Shown here: positions 16,855 to 26,708 of the stretch, piece by piece
How positions within the stretch are numbered: the first letter of the stretch is position 1
Layout: every line of letters starts with the position of its first letter
NCBI GenBank assembly: GCA_964519335.1
Contig: CAZFIA010000005.1
Span: 12,249 to 76,248 of the forward strand
Source: an uncultured Pseudomonadales bacterium
GTDB taxonomy: Bacteria > Pseudomonadota > Gammaproteobacteria > Pseudomonadales > Azotimanducaceae
DNA: 64,000 nucleotides
Direction: 5' to 3'
Position numbers and translations under genes: made by a program
The notes under the pieces: generated by a model
Told to the model about the DNA's origin: nothing
Database searches by the model: none
The model's input: only the letters and a program-made list of their open reading frames with translations

Positions 16855-17981
16855 ATCGCGTATTCGCGAATAAGATTCAGTACTTCTCGTGCGCGCAGTG
16901 GCTCAATGGCCGCGGCATCTTCACCCACAGCTCTTACCTGATAGCCTCCGGCAGTAGAAGGTTTCACCAGTATCTGCATTGCCAGCAAGGCACCCTGGCG
17001 TTTACGGCCCAGGAATCCGCGTTTTTCCGGTTCGCCGCTCAGCAACGATTCTGGAAGATCGACGTAAAAAACACCCTCCGACCGATCAAGGTCGGTCACT
17101 GCTACATCCGCGCTATCCAGCGCCTGAGTAACCGATGCCCAGGCCCGGTCAAAGTCGAGATTGAGCCGCAATATGGGCTGTCCATCCTTGGCAGTCGCCA
17201 ATTCTGCTTTGCTCGCTCCCACCAGATTCTGCCCAGCCCGCGAGACACTCTGAGAACTTACTTCTGATGCAAGGTAGCCACCCAGCTCTCGTAACAAGCC
17301 TTCTTCGACAGCCAGAACTGCAGACTCTGAGGACAACAATTTGTCATCGGCCAGTTCAGCTCCAGACCCCAGTACATCATTTTGATGCCGAACATGAATC
17401 TCAGTCGTGTCCTCGCGCATACCTTGCTCAACACTGAAGTTCACTCGATCGCGACCACCCTCAGAGGAGCTGTCTTTTTTCCCCTGCGCAATCGCAAGAC
17501 GCACAACATCCCGATTGTCCTCTCCATCCACTTCCACCCAATCGGTGACAATGCGGCCCGTGAGCGCCGTCTCGGTGTCTGAACTAACGCCGTTTTCCGC
17601 AAGAAACTGCTTTAACTTCGGCCAAACCACAGAAGGCGGTTCCGCCAACACCAACCACCGACGATCACCCAATTTTTGAATCTTTGCGCCCTTGGTTTCT
17701 CCGGTGGCAATTATTGGCGCTGGCCGCGGCGCTGTCTCGGGGTAAGTCGTACCACTCGTATTTGCAATTTGCGGGATCGCGAACGGTTCAGTTACTCGCC
17801 CCGCTGAAAGATCGCCAGGCACCTCAAGGCCATCTCGCAACGGCACGTCGAGATAGTCATCAGACCGATTAACAATTAGCCCTTTGTCGTCGTCTAGCCA
17901 ACGCGAACAACCGCCGAGCAAAGTAAGCACGACAAGAGTCCCACAAAAATAAGCTGCAGCTCGCATAGTCATGTAACTCAC
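16851..17981 (-). CDS. bamC: outer membrane protein assembly factor BamC (NlpB) lipoprotein
   Basis: 376 aa with lipobox LLGGC. It lies immediately downstream of dapA and overlaps it, which is the conserved dapA-nlpB arrangement. Confidence 0.8.
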   Translation of the reverse strand: MSYMTMRAAAYFCGTLVVLTLLGGCSRWLDDDKGLIVNRSDDYLDVPLRDGLEVPGDLSAGRVTEPFAIPQIANTSGTTYPETAPRPAPIIATGETKGAKIQKLGDRRWLVLAEPPSVVWPKLKQFLAENGVSSDTETALTGRIVTDWVEVDGEDNRDVVRLAIAQGKKDSSSEGGRDRVNFSVEQGMREDTTEIHVRHQNDVLGSGAELADDKLLSSESAVLAVEEGLLRELGGYLASEVSSQSVSRAGQNLVGASKAELATAKDGQPILRLNLDFDRAWASVTQALDSADVAVTDLDRSEGVFYVDLPESLLSGEPEKRGFLGRKRQGALLAMQILVKPSTAGGYQVRAVGEDAAAIEPLRAREVLNLIREYAI

Positions 17982-18853
17982 AATGCTCCTTGTTCTTTAA
18001 GTGCGTCTTTCACAACCGACTGGTTGGCCTGTGAAAGTGGCAATAGGGGCAAGCGAATACCGCTCGATATCTTACCCATTTGATTCAGTGCCCATTTAAC
18101 GGGCTGTGGACTAGACTCCACAAACATCGCGGCGTGCACCGGCTGCAACCGTGCATCCAGTTCAGCAGCTTTTGCAAGGTTGTTATCAAGGATCGTGCGA
18201 CAAAACGCAGACATCTGAGACGGAATGACGTTGGCACTTACGGAGATCGCACCAACCGCGCCAAGCTGCGCCATCCGCAGGGTTTGGGCATCTTCGCCAG
18301 ACAATACTATAAAGCTCTCATCTACCAGCGCTCGAATCTCAGCCACCCGTTCCGGATCGCCACAGGCTTCCTTAATACCCACCACAGATTCAATGTTTGC
18401 AATCTCCGCCACGGTTGGCGCCAACATATCGCACGCTGTACGAGGCGGAACGTTATAGAGCACTAGTGGAATCTTGCTAACAGAAGCGATCGCCTCGTAG
18501 TGCGCAATCAATCCGGGCTGAGTGGGTCGGTTGTAGTAGGGCGTCACCAGTAGAGCGGCATCAGCACCTAGCTGTTCTGCTGCCTGAGTTTGATGGATGG
18601 CCTCAGATGTAGAGTTAGCTCCGGTGCCCGCAATTACAGGTACTCGCCCTGCAACTTTCTTAACCGTGGCCTCAATCACCTGCAGATGTTCATCGACATC
18701 CAGCGTTGCTGATTCGCCAGTGGTACCCATGGGGACAATACCGTTCGTTCCACTGGCTATATGCCAGTCGATGAGCTCGTCAAGTTCCTGCCAATGCACC
18801 CGGCCATCCGGCGCCATGGGCGTGACCAACGCCACGATACTGCCGCTCAACAT
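17978..18853 (-). CDS. dapA: 4-hydroxy-tetrahydrodipicolinate synthase
   Basis: 291 aa with GSIVALVTPM, GTTGES and the YNVP...T pattern typical of DapA. Confidence 0.95.
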   Translation of the reverse strand: MLSGSIVALVTPMAPDGRVHWQELDELIDWHIASGTNGIVPMGTTGESATLDVDEHLQVIEATVKKVAGRVPVIAGTGANSTSEAIHQTQAAEQLGADAALLVTPYYNRPTQPGLIAHYEAIASVSKIPLVLYNVPPRTACDMLAPTVAEIANIESVVGIKEACGDPERVAEIRALVDESFIVLSGEDAQTLRMAQLGAVGAISVSANVIPSQMSAFCRTILDNNLAKAAELDARLQPVHAAMFVESSPQPVKWALNQMGKISSGIRLPLLPLSQANQSVVKDALKEQGAL

Positions 18854-18923
18854 GTCTGCTGTCCTGTGGATCGCTTATGAAAATCGCCCGGTATGGTAAA
18901 GCGCCCGGGCACGCCCCACAAAC

Positions 18924-20081
18924 TCAATCGTCGGACGCCGGATGAACAGCGGACTGAGCGCTGGGACCGGCGGGTTCCGCGGTTCGGAAACTACCGGTCT
19001 GAAACTCACCGCCGTCGTCTCTGATCACCAAATCGCTGGGCCATGCGTCGTAAACCGCTTTCACCAGCGTGGCAAGCGGAATCGCAAAAAATACACCCCA
19101 AATGCCCCACAGGCCGCCAAATGCGAGGACAGCAACAATAATGGTTATGGGATGCAGATTTACCGCACCTGAAAACAGCAACGGCACAAGCACATTGCCA
19201 TCGAGCGCCTGAATCACACCATAAACCAGCATTAGCCAGCCGAACTCGCCTGTCCAACCCCATTGGCTGTAGGCAACCAGTGCGACAGGAATGGTGACCA
19301 CGGCAGCACCCACATAAGGGACAAGCACTGAAATACCAACTAGCAAACCTAAGAGGGCGGCGTAGTTAAGCCCCATAAACTCAAACGCGATATAACTGGC
19401 CGAGCCAACAATGAAGATCTCTATAAACTTACCGCGAACATAGTTTGCAAGCTGCCTGTTCATCTCACTACCTACGTTCTCGAGCAGCGGACGCTCCCGA
19501 GGCAACAAAGATCCGAACCAGGAAATGAGTACGTCTCGGTCTTTCAGAAAGAAGAACACCGAGATAGGCACGAGCACCACGTAAATCAACAACCCAATCA
19601 CTGAGGGTACTTGCGAAACCAGCGTTTCGACCATCGTCCGGCTGAGGTTCCCAACCTCTCCTATGGCGAGGTCTACAAATTCCTGCACTTGAGATTGCGT
19701 CAGCAAATCTCCAAAACTCTCGGGAAGATTAATAGAGACGTCTTGCAACCTAAGCAACAGCGCTGGAATCGCATCTGCTAGTGCCTTCAACTGTCGCCAC
19801 ACCAGCGGCAATACGATCAAGATAAAGCCAACCAGCAAACCCGTGAAAACCAGAAAAGTCACTATTACCGACATAAGTCTGGGCATGCCTGCCTGCTCTA
19901 AACGACGGACGAGACCTTCAAGTACAAATGCGAGCACCAGGCCCGTCAGCACCGGTGCGAGATAAGAACCCAGGCTGATAACAATCGCGAGGCCGGAGCA
20001 CAGGAACACAATCAGGAAGATAGCTTCCTCGTTCGCGAAATAGCGGTTCATCCAACCGCCGATGACATCCATGAACTTCAT
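18924..20081 (-). CDS. AI-2E family transporter (PerM/YdiK-like permease)
   Basis: 385 aa polytopic membrane protein with the PerM-like architecture. Confidence 0.8.
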   Translation of the reverse strand: MKFMDVIGGWMNRYFANEEAIFLIVFLCSGLAIVISLGSYLAPVLTGLVLAFVLEGLVRRLEQAGMPRLMSVIVTFLVFTGLLVGFILIVLPLVWRQLKALADAIPALLLRLQDVSINLPESFGDLLTQSQVQEFVDLAIGEVGNLSRTMVETLVSQVPSVIGLLIYVVLVPISVFFFLKDRDVLISWFGSLLPRERPLLENVGSEMNRQLANYVRGKFIEIFIVGSASYIAFEFMGLNYAALLGLLVGISVLVPYVGAAVVTIPVALVAYSQWGWTGEFGWLMLVYGVIQALDGNVLVPLLFSGAVNLHPITIIVAVLAFGGLWGIWGVFFAIPLATLVKAVYDAWPSDLVIRDDGGEFQTGSFRTAEPAGPSAQSAVHPASDD

Positions 20082-20130
20082 GCGGCGAACTTCTCAGCAA
20101 ACGTCATCGTTCTCTCTCTTCTGTCCGGCA

Positions 20131-20388
20131 CTAATCAGCACGTTTGCGTAACAAATACACATAGGTGTCGTTTTGCGATTGCGCGTCCAACAACTCATTG
20201 CCACTTTGCTCGCTGAACACCTCAAAGTCGCGCACTGAGCCGGGGTCTGTCGCCTTAACCCTGAGCAATTCACCTGCAGACAGGCGGTTTAGCGCCTGTT
20301 TGGCCTTGAGCAGCGGCATAGGGCAATTCAGGCCCTGTACATCCAGCTCAGCATCTACTTCGGTGGTGCTCGCGCAATAACTGGTCAT
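20131..20388 (-). CDS. TusA/SirA-family sulfurtransferase-like protein
   Basis: 85 aa with LDVQGLNCPMPLLKAKQAL, the CPxP motif of the TusA family. Confidence 0.85.
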   Translation of the reverse strand: MTSYCASTTEVDAELDVQGLNCPMPLLKAKQALNRLSAGELLRVKATDPGSVRDFEVFSEQSGNELLDAQSQNDTYVYLLRKRAD

Positions 20389-20504
20389 GGGAGCAAGTAT
20401 CGCACAGCTAAGACAACCGGCGCTCTACCGCCGATAGCCCCACAATCCAAAATTCTTGGGGAACTTTGCGCTTTCTGCGGGTTCCTTTCATTATGCTAAT
20501 CAAG

Positions 20505-22058
20505 ATGAGACAGCGACCCCCAACAGGAGCTTCCGCCAGCCTGCCGGCCGATTCCTCCTCACCTAACCTCAAGGAGCCTAACCCACGGGCCCCTGAATGC
20601 TCAGTATCCCGTCGCTGGGCGCAGCGCTGGCTGACAGCCGGCGCTCTGTGCACGGTGTTATCTAGCGCTCCGATCAGCGCGGCGCCTCCAAGTGATTTAC
20701 CGTTGTTGGGAGATAGCTCTTCAGCTCTGGTGTCGCTTGAGACAGAAGCCCGTATTGGGGCCGACTTCTTAAAGCAAATTCGCGCCTCGTTGCCCCTTTC
20801 CTCAGACCCGTTGCTCAAGTATTACACCGACGTTCAGCTGCGGCGTCTTACTCAATACTCCGAGCTGCGTGATGGCATCCTCAGCGTGGTGCTCATCAAT
20901 GACGATCAAATCAATGCGTTTGCGGCACCCGGAGGGGTCGTTGGTATCAACATGGGTTTGTACCTCCACGCTCAGGACGTTCACGAATATTCGTCGGTAG
21001 TGGCTCATGAGTTGGCTCACTTAAGCCAGCGACATTTCGCCAGAGGGCTGGAACAACAACGGAACATGACGATCCCAACGCTCGCGTCTCTGGTTGCTGC
21101 CATCGCGCTTGGCGCGCTGGCTGGGGGAGAAGCGGGGCTCGCCGCACTTAGCACCAGTCAAGCTGCCTCAATAAATAGCCAGCTACGCTACAGCCGAGCA
21201 AGGGAGCAAGAAGCAGACCGTGTCGGCTTAAACACGCTTGTGAATAGCGGCATGGACCCCAACGGAATGGCCCGCATGTTTGATCGCATGCGCCGCGCCT
21301 TCCGTTTTACAAAACGCCCACCAGAATTTTTGCTTACCCACCCAGTTACCGAATCGCGAATTAGCGATGCGCGCAACCAGATCGCACGCAAGCCTCTCGA
21401 AGAGAGCTACAACGACTCAGCCGAGTACCAAATGATGCGATCGAGGGTGATTTTGCATTTCGCAAATTCCCCCGAAGACGCTCTGCGTTTATTCGAAAAG
21501 AAACTGCGCGAAGAGCCCGATAACGAGGGCGCACGGTACGGCATGGCGATCGCGCTGTCTGCCAGCGATAAACACGACCAGGCGCTGAAAGCACTGCGAC
21601 CATTGCAAGAGAATCAGCCCAATAGACTGTTGGTCACAGCGACTCATGCAGAACTGTTAATGAATGCAGACGTAACTGATGAAGCACTTAATCTGCTCGC
21701 GCGGCAACTGGTGCTTAATCCAGAAAACGTTGCTCTATCGATGTTGTACGCCCGAGGGCTTGAACAGACCGAGCGTTTTGAGGAAGCCGAATTTCTCCTG
21801 GAACGTTTGAGCCGCGTGCATGGCGATGATTCGCAAGTTTGGTACCAACTTGCCGAAGTGGCAGGTAAAGCCGGCAGCATTATTGCTGTGCACCGAGCAC
21901 GAGCGGAATTCTTTGCTCTGCATGGCGCCTACGCCCGTGCAGTCAATCACCTGGAATACGCACGCGGCTTGGTCGATCCAAAGAATTTTCAGTTAATGGC
22001 CCGTCTTGAAGCGCGGCTGACGGATATTCGCGAGATTCAGCGCAAGAGAGGCAGCTAG
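20505..22058 (+). CDS. bepA: M48 metalloprotease with TPR domain (BepA/YfgC-like)
   Basis: HELAHLSQRH (HExxH), a downstream REQEADR glutamate, and C-terminal TPR-like repeats. The start is ambiguous (TTG 20466, ATG 20493 or ATG 20505) because the region preceding the signal peptide is long. Confidence 0.85.
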   Translation: MRQRPPTGASASLPADSSSPNLKEPNPRAPECSVSRRWAQRWLTAGALCTVLSSAPISAAPPSDLPLLGDSSSALVSLETEARIGADFLKQIRASLPLSSDPLLKYYTDVQLRRLTQYSELRDGILSVVLINDDQINAFAAPGGVVGINMGLYLHAQDVHEYSSVVAHELAHLSQRHFARGLEQQRNMTIPTLASLVAAIALGALAGGEAGLAALSTSQAASINSQLRYSRAREQEADRVGLNTLVNSGMDPNGMARMFDRMRRAFRFTKRPPEFLLTHPVTESRISDARNQIARKPLEESYNDSAEYQMMRSRVILHFANSPEDALRLFEKKLREEPDNEGARYGMAIALSASDKHDQALKALRPLQENQPNRLLVTATHAELLMNADVTDEALNLLARQLVLNPENVALSMLYARGLEQTERFEEAEFLLERLSRVHGDDSQVWYQLAEVAGKAGSIIAVHRARAEFFALHGAYARAVNHLEYARGLVDPKNFQLMARLEARLTDIREIQRKRGS

Positions 22059-22070
22059 CTGAGGTCAGGT

Positions 22071-23117
22071 TTAAGGCCGCGGGAAATCGAGCATACGCCG
22101 CAGTGGAATCATTGCTTGCTTACCGATTTCAGGATCAACAAGAATCTCCCGACCGGTGCCGTCGAGCAGACAGTCACGCAGCGCCTCTAGCTCATTCATC
22201 GCCATCCAGGGGCAATGCGCGCAGCTTCGACAGGTTGCACCATCCCCGGCCGTTGGCGCCTCTATGAAGCGTTTGCCAGGGTTCATTTTGCGCAGGTAGT
22301 GAAAAATCCCGCGGTCGGTCGCGACGATAAATGTGTCCTGGGGAAGCTCACCCGCCGCCTTAATAATCTGGCTGGTGGATCCAACGCAATCCGCGAGATC
22401 AACCACTGCCGCCGGTGACTCTGGATGCACTAGCACCCCAGCGTCCGGGTAGACCGCTTTCAGGTCAAAGAGGGCTTTCGACTTAAACTCCTCGTGAACA
22501 ATACAAGCGCCGTTCCAAAGCAACATATCAGCGCCGGTTTCTTGTTGGATGTACCCACCCAAATGTTTGTCTGGCGCCCAGAGTACTTTTTCGCCCTTCG
22601 CGTGCAAGGATTCAACTATAGGCAGAGCCACGCTGCTGGTAACCACCCAGTCTGAAAGAGCCTTAACCTTAGCGGAGGTGTTGGCATACACCACTACCGT
22701 TCGGTCACTATGCTCCTTGCAAAAAATCTCAAACTCTTCTGGCGGGCAACCAATATCAAGACTGCACTCGGCTTCGAGCGTCGGCATGTAAACGGTTTTT
22801 TCCGGCGACAGAATCTTCGCGGTCTCTCCCATGAATTTGACGCCCGCAACAATCAGTATCTCTGCCCCGTGGTCGCGACCAAAACGCGCCATCTCGAGCG
22901 AATCAGAAACGCAGCCGCCTGTTTCGTCTGCGAGATCCTGCACGTCTTGATCAACGTAATAGTGCGCAACAAGCGCAGCCTTACGTTGCTTCAAAAGTGA
23001 TTTGATTTCGCTTTTGAGTTCGTTCTTGTGAGACTCATCTAGAACCGCAGGTTCGTACAGAGGAATCTGTTCATCGCTAAGGGTGAAGTCTGGGAGGTCT
23101 ACATCTGAATTTTCCAT
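22071..23117 (-). CDS. nadA: quinolinate synthase
   Basis: 348 aa with a typical NadA layout, including HYY.D..VQ.LAD and the C-terminal CxxCxxM cluster region ([10 protein letters not shown]). Confidence 0.95.
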   Translation of the reverse strand: MENSDVDLPDFTLSDEQIPLYEPAVLDESHKNELKSEIKSLLKQRKAALVAHYYVDQDVQDLADETGGCVSDSLEMARFGRDHGAEILIVAGVKFMGETAKILSPEKTVYMPTLEAECSLDIGCPPEEFEIFCKEHSDRTVVVYANTSAKVKALSDWVVTSSVALPIVESLHAKGEKVLWAPDKHLGGYIQQETGADMLLWNGACIVHEEFKSKALFDLKAVYPDAGVLVHPESPAAVVDLADCVGSTSQIIKAAGELPQDTFIVATDRGIFHYLRKMNPGKRFIEAPTAGDGATCRSCAHCPWMAMNELEALRDCLLDGTGREILVDPEIGKQAMIPLRRMLDFPRP

Positions 23118-23295
23118 GCGCTGAGTTTAGCATCCATGCCCCGAAAAACGAGCAAATAGAAAGACGAGCAAATAACAGGCGTTAACGGCAGCGGGAACGC
23201 TGGTAAGCTGCGCGACACAGACGAGGATCGCAATCATTACATCTGATGCTCCACCCAAGGGCGGGAAAAGCCTGCCTGTTAAGCCGAGGCTTGCA

Positions 23296-24144
23296 TTGCT
23301 CTCAAACGGTGTATCGCCGCACAACGACAATCATGCTCGGATTATTGAATCACTGACGCAAGATGGCTGGGAGGTCTGCGTATTTGGGCACAACGAATTA
23401 TGCATGCTCGAATCTGGCGTGTGTGCGGGCGCAACACCGCTCGAGACGTTTGATCTGGTTTGGATGCTAGGGCTGGGCGAGCAACAAAATTTCTTCGATC
23501 GCTGTCAGATTTTGAACAATCTCCCCGCTCAAAAACTCGTGAATAGCCCTGTAGGTATGCTGTTTCTACACGCAAAACTTGCATTGCTGCCGCATGCTCC
23601 CATCACATTCAGCGGCAACCAGCCCAATGAGTTGCTCGCAGCAACCCAGAGGAATCCGGAAATAGAGCGATGGGTAGTAAAACCCACCGCAGGGAGCTAC
23701 GGGCGCGGAGTCACACTCGCCAACAATCAAGACGCCCTTACGGAAGCACTCCAAGCGGCAACTAACGCCGGTCGCTACTGCGTGGTTCAGGCGTATGTAG
23801 ATGAAATAACGGCAGGAGAAACTCGATGTCTGCTGGTTAACGGGCAAATCATCGGCAGCTATCTACGGATACCAAACAAGGACTTCCTGGCAAATTTGAG
23901 CCAGGGCGGCCGAGCTCAGCGAACAGAGTTGGACAGCCAGCAAAAACGCCAAATTTGTGAAATAGGCAATATTCTTTCTTTAAGCGGCGTGAGATTTGCA
24001 GCAATCGATATGGCTTTTCCCTGGCTCATAGAGGTCAATATCGCAAATCCAGGCGGTCTAGCAACGTTGGCGGCCCTTGAAGCCGTTGACGACCCCAGGG
24101 TTGGCGAGAAAATGGCTCAGGCTCTACGTACTATGTTGGATTAA
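23296..24144 (+). CDS. ATP-grasp ligase, glutathione synthetase (GshB)-like
   Basis: 282 aa. The C-terminal half aligns by eye with the GshB ATP-grasp region (VVKP..GSYGRGV, E.R.LLVNG, ANLSQGGRA, ..EVNI.NPGG). It has a TTG start. The frame stays open upstream to 23176 without a canonical start codon. Confidence 0.7.
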   Translation: MLSNGVSPHNDNHARIIESLTQDGWEVCVFGHNELCMLESGVCAGATPLETFDLVWMLGLGEQQNFFDRCQILNNLPAQKLVNSPVGMLFLHAKLALLPHAPITFSGNQPNELLAATQRNPEIERWVVKPTAGSYGRGVTLANNQDALTEALQAATNAGRYCVVQAYVDEITAGETRCLLVNGQIIGSYLRIPNKDFLANLSQGGRAQRTELDSQQKRQICEIGNILSLSGVRFAAIDMAFPWLIEVNIANPGGLATLAALEAVDDPRVGEKMAQALRTMLD

Positions 24145-24146
24145 GG

Positions 24147-24365
24147 CTATTTACTCTGCGCAGCCGACGCTCGCAGCTTGTCTAGAGCATCCTGCCGTTC
24201 ATCGATACGCGAAACATGATCGAAAATCATTGCGCGCCGCCGCGGATGGCTACCCGCCTTAATCACCTCAAGTTGTCCTTTCAGGCGCACGATTTCCTGC
24301 TCGCAGAGCGCGACAGCAGAATCCAGACCTGACGCAGGGATTCGATCGTCTGAGTTAGTAGCCAT
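24147..24365 (-). CDS. small coiled-coil hypothetical protein
   Basis: 72 aa ORF with heptad-like helices. It converges on the ATP-grasp gene with a 2-nt gap. No family recognised. Confidence 0.4.
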   Translation of the reverse strand: MATNSDDRIPASGLDSAVALCEQEIVRLKGQLEVIKAGSHPRRRAMIFDHVSRIDERQDALDKLRASAAQSK

Positions 24366-24379
24366 GTATTGAGTTTACC

Positions 24380-24564
24380 GGACATCCAACAACTGTGAGA
24401 ATTCGGGACAGTCAGGATTTACCCACCATCAGAAAATTCAAGTTGAAGTGCCCGGGAATCCCCAAAACAGCCGCTCGTTCCTAAATCTTGGATGTCCTGA
24501 TCTCCTCTAAATCTTGGATGTCCTGATCTTCGCTGGATGTCCCGATCTGCGTCCCGATCTCTGC
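24380..24564. repeat. dispersed GGACA(G/T)CC repeat cluster (5 copies, including a 26 bp tandem array)
   Basis: GGACATCCAAC 24380-24390 and GGACAGTCAGG 24406-24416 on the + strand. Tandem units CTAAATCTTGGATGTCCTGATCTCCT (24481-24506) and CTAAATCTTGGATGTCCTGATCTTCG (24507-24532) are followed by decaying partial units up to 24564. Confidence 0.88.
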
Positions 24565-24735
24565 TATCCCCGCTAAGAGTTTTCCAACAGCCCTCTGCTA
24601 ACATGCCACGCCGAACACAAAGGCGAATTGCTCACAGAAAATGTCTCCTTTGGCGGCTCGCTAACGTCCCAGGAGAGGTCCAGTATCGATGTTGATCAAC
24701 GAGTACAAACGAAGACCAAAAGCGCTGGGTAAGTC

Positions 24736-25950
24736 ATGCCGGGGCCGCTAACCGGATTCAAAGTGCTCGATCTGTCGGCGGTGGTGTCGGGTCCACTAAC
24801 GGCTGCGTTGTTGGCGGATCAAGGCGCCAGCGTAACTAAGGTCGAGCGCCTGACCGGAGATATACAGCGTCATGTTGGTAGCCAACGAGGCGGCTTTTCG
24901 GGTTTCTTTCACGTGCTCAATCGGGGTAAGCGTTCGATCGCACTCGACCTTGGTAAACCGGAAGGCAAGGAGATCGTGCATCGCCTTGCAAAGACCGCCG
25001 ATGTCGTAATCCAGAATTTTCGGCCCGGTGTTGTTGATCGACTGGGCATAGGCTACGCCGACTTGTCCGCCGAAAACGCCGGACTCGTCTATCTGTCGAT
25101 CAGCGGTTTTGGGCAGACCGGTCCACGGGCAGGCCAAAGAGCCTATGATCCGATCATCCAGAGTTTCTCAGGCATTGTTGAAGTGCAGGGACGTATCCAT
25201 CTGGAACACCCCGAAACCCCAGAGCAGGTGAACATGCTGCTACTGGACAAGTTGACGGCATACACCGGCAGTCAGGCAATCACGGCAGCCCTGCTGGCAC
25301 GCAGCAAGTCAGGTGAGGGTCAACACATCAAGCTGTCAATGCTAGATACCGCAATCGCCTTCAGCTGGGCGGATGTGGCAGCCGATTTGATCCTGCAGCC
25401 CGATGGGGCAGAGCCCATCGAGCACCGCCCACCGATTGGCGCCTCAGGCCATCTCACTGAATACGCTGATGGCTGGGGGGCGACAATGACCCTCTCAGAC
25501 GCCGAATTTCAAGGGATGTGCGCCGCCTACAACCTGCCTGAGCTGGCGAATGATCCGGACTTTGCGACGATCAGCGCCCGGATGAGCAATCGTACGACAT
25601 ATCGGGAAATATTGAATACTGTGGTAGCTGAAGCGGCAAAAAAGCTAACGCTAAGCGAGGCAGAGGATCGTCTCACCAGGCACGAAGTGCCCTTCGCCCG
25701 GGCGGCCAAACTGGCGGAACTCGCTACCGAGCCGCAGATTCAACACAACGCGCTGTTTCGAGAGTTAGATCACCCCATCGCTGGCAAGCTGCGAGAGGCG
25801 CGGCCAGCGGCGCTGTTCGAAAGAACCCCGAATCAACCCGCTGAACCCGCGCCTGATATCGGCGAACACACGAGGGTGATCCTTAAAGAACTGGGAATGG
25901 AGGATCGCTGCGACGCCCTCGCCCAATCTGGCGTGATCCGGCAAAACTAG
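24736..25950 (+). CDS. family III CoA-transferase (CaiB/BaiF)
   Basis: 404 aa with the N-terminus PLTGFKVLDLS..VSGP......LADQGA.V.KVE, typical of this family. Confidence 0.85.
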   Translation: MPGPLTGFKVLDLSAVVSGPLTAALLADQGASVTKVERLTGDIQRHVGSQRGGFSGFFHVLNRGKRSIALDLGKPEGKEIVHRLAKTADVVIQNFRPGVVDRLGIGYADLSAENAGLVYLSISGFGQTGPRAGQRAYDPIIQSFSGIVEVQGRIHLEHPETPEQVNMLLLDKLTAYTGSQAITAALLARSKSGEGQHIKLSMLDTAIAFSWADVAADLILQPDGAEPIEHRPPIGASGHLTEYADGWGATMTLSDAEFQGMCAAYNLPELANDPDFATISARMSNRTTYREILNTVVAEAAKKLTLSEAEDRLTRHEVPFARAAKLAELATEPQIQHNALFRELDHPIAGKLREARPAALFERTPNQPAEPAPDIGEHTRVILKELGMEDRCDALAQSGVIRQN

Positions 25951-25994
25951 ATCGTATACCCGCTGATGCAGACACCGGATTGGTTTTCGGGCCG

Positions 25995-26699
25995 CTAGGG
26001 TCGACCAACGTCCGATCGGACAATGCGACGGCGTTGCGGCGCCCCACCAGAGGGGGGTCGGGCACCGGGATGCCGAAGGCCGTTACCCGGATGCCGCAGA
26101 CCATTAGAAGGATGATCGGGTCCTGGCTCATAAACAAACCGAGCCGAGTTCCGCCGGCGACCGTTTGCAAAAAAGCGATTAGAAAAGAACGGCGAAAAGC
26201 CAAATTGCCGTGATGGATAATAAACACTGTCAGCAGCACGCAGCGCCGCCAATTCTTGTTGCTCAAATCGAGCCTGGGCTTCACGCGCTAACTCACGCTC
26301 GCGGATACGATTAGATTCACGATCTGATCGATCCGATGAGAGCAGCTGCGCAACCTCAAGGATATCTCGCTGCCGATCTCGTACAACAGACACATCAGCT
26401 TCACTCAGAGCATCTGGTACATCAACGTTAACCAACTCGCCGTCGCCATTGTCGTTAAACTCGACAACACCGTCCTTCCCCACCGATCGAAATACCTGGG
26501 TTAGCGAATTGCTTTCCGTGGAAGAACTAGATGTTAGGATCTTTGCCTCCTCAGTCTCAGCAGCATTAGCACTATAGCCACCAGCTACAAGCAACCAGGC
26601 ACAAACCAGACCAGGTGCCCAGGCAGCTACAAATGCTGGCTTACTTTTGTGAGGAAAGCCCTGATGAAACAGATCCCAGAGTGAGGAGTTAAAGTCCAC
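25995..26699 (-). CDS. secreted hypothetical protein (DUF4124-like N-domain, repeat-containing tail)
   Basis: 234 aa. A hydrophobic signal segment is followed by a GKDGVVEFND motif resembling DUF4124, a charged coiled region, and the C-terminal duplication GLRHPGNGLRHPG. Confidence 0.5.
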   Translation of the reverse strand: MDFNSSLWDLFHQGFPHKSKPAFVAAWAPGLVCAWLLVAGGYSANAAETEEAKILTSSSSTESNSLTQVFRSVGKDGVVEFNDNGDGELVNVDVPDALSEADVSVVRDRQRDILEVAQLLSSDRSDRESNRIRERELAREAQARFEQQELAALRAADSVYYPSRQFGFSPFFSNRFFANGRRRNSARFVYEPGPDHPSNGLRHPGNGLRHPGARPPSGGAPQRRRIVRSDVGRP

Positions 26700-26708
26700 A
26701 ACAAGTAC

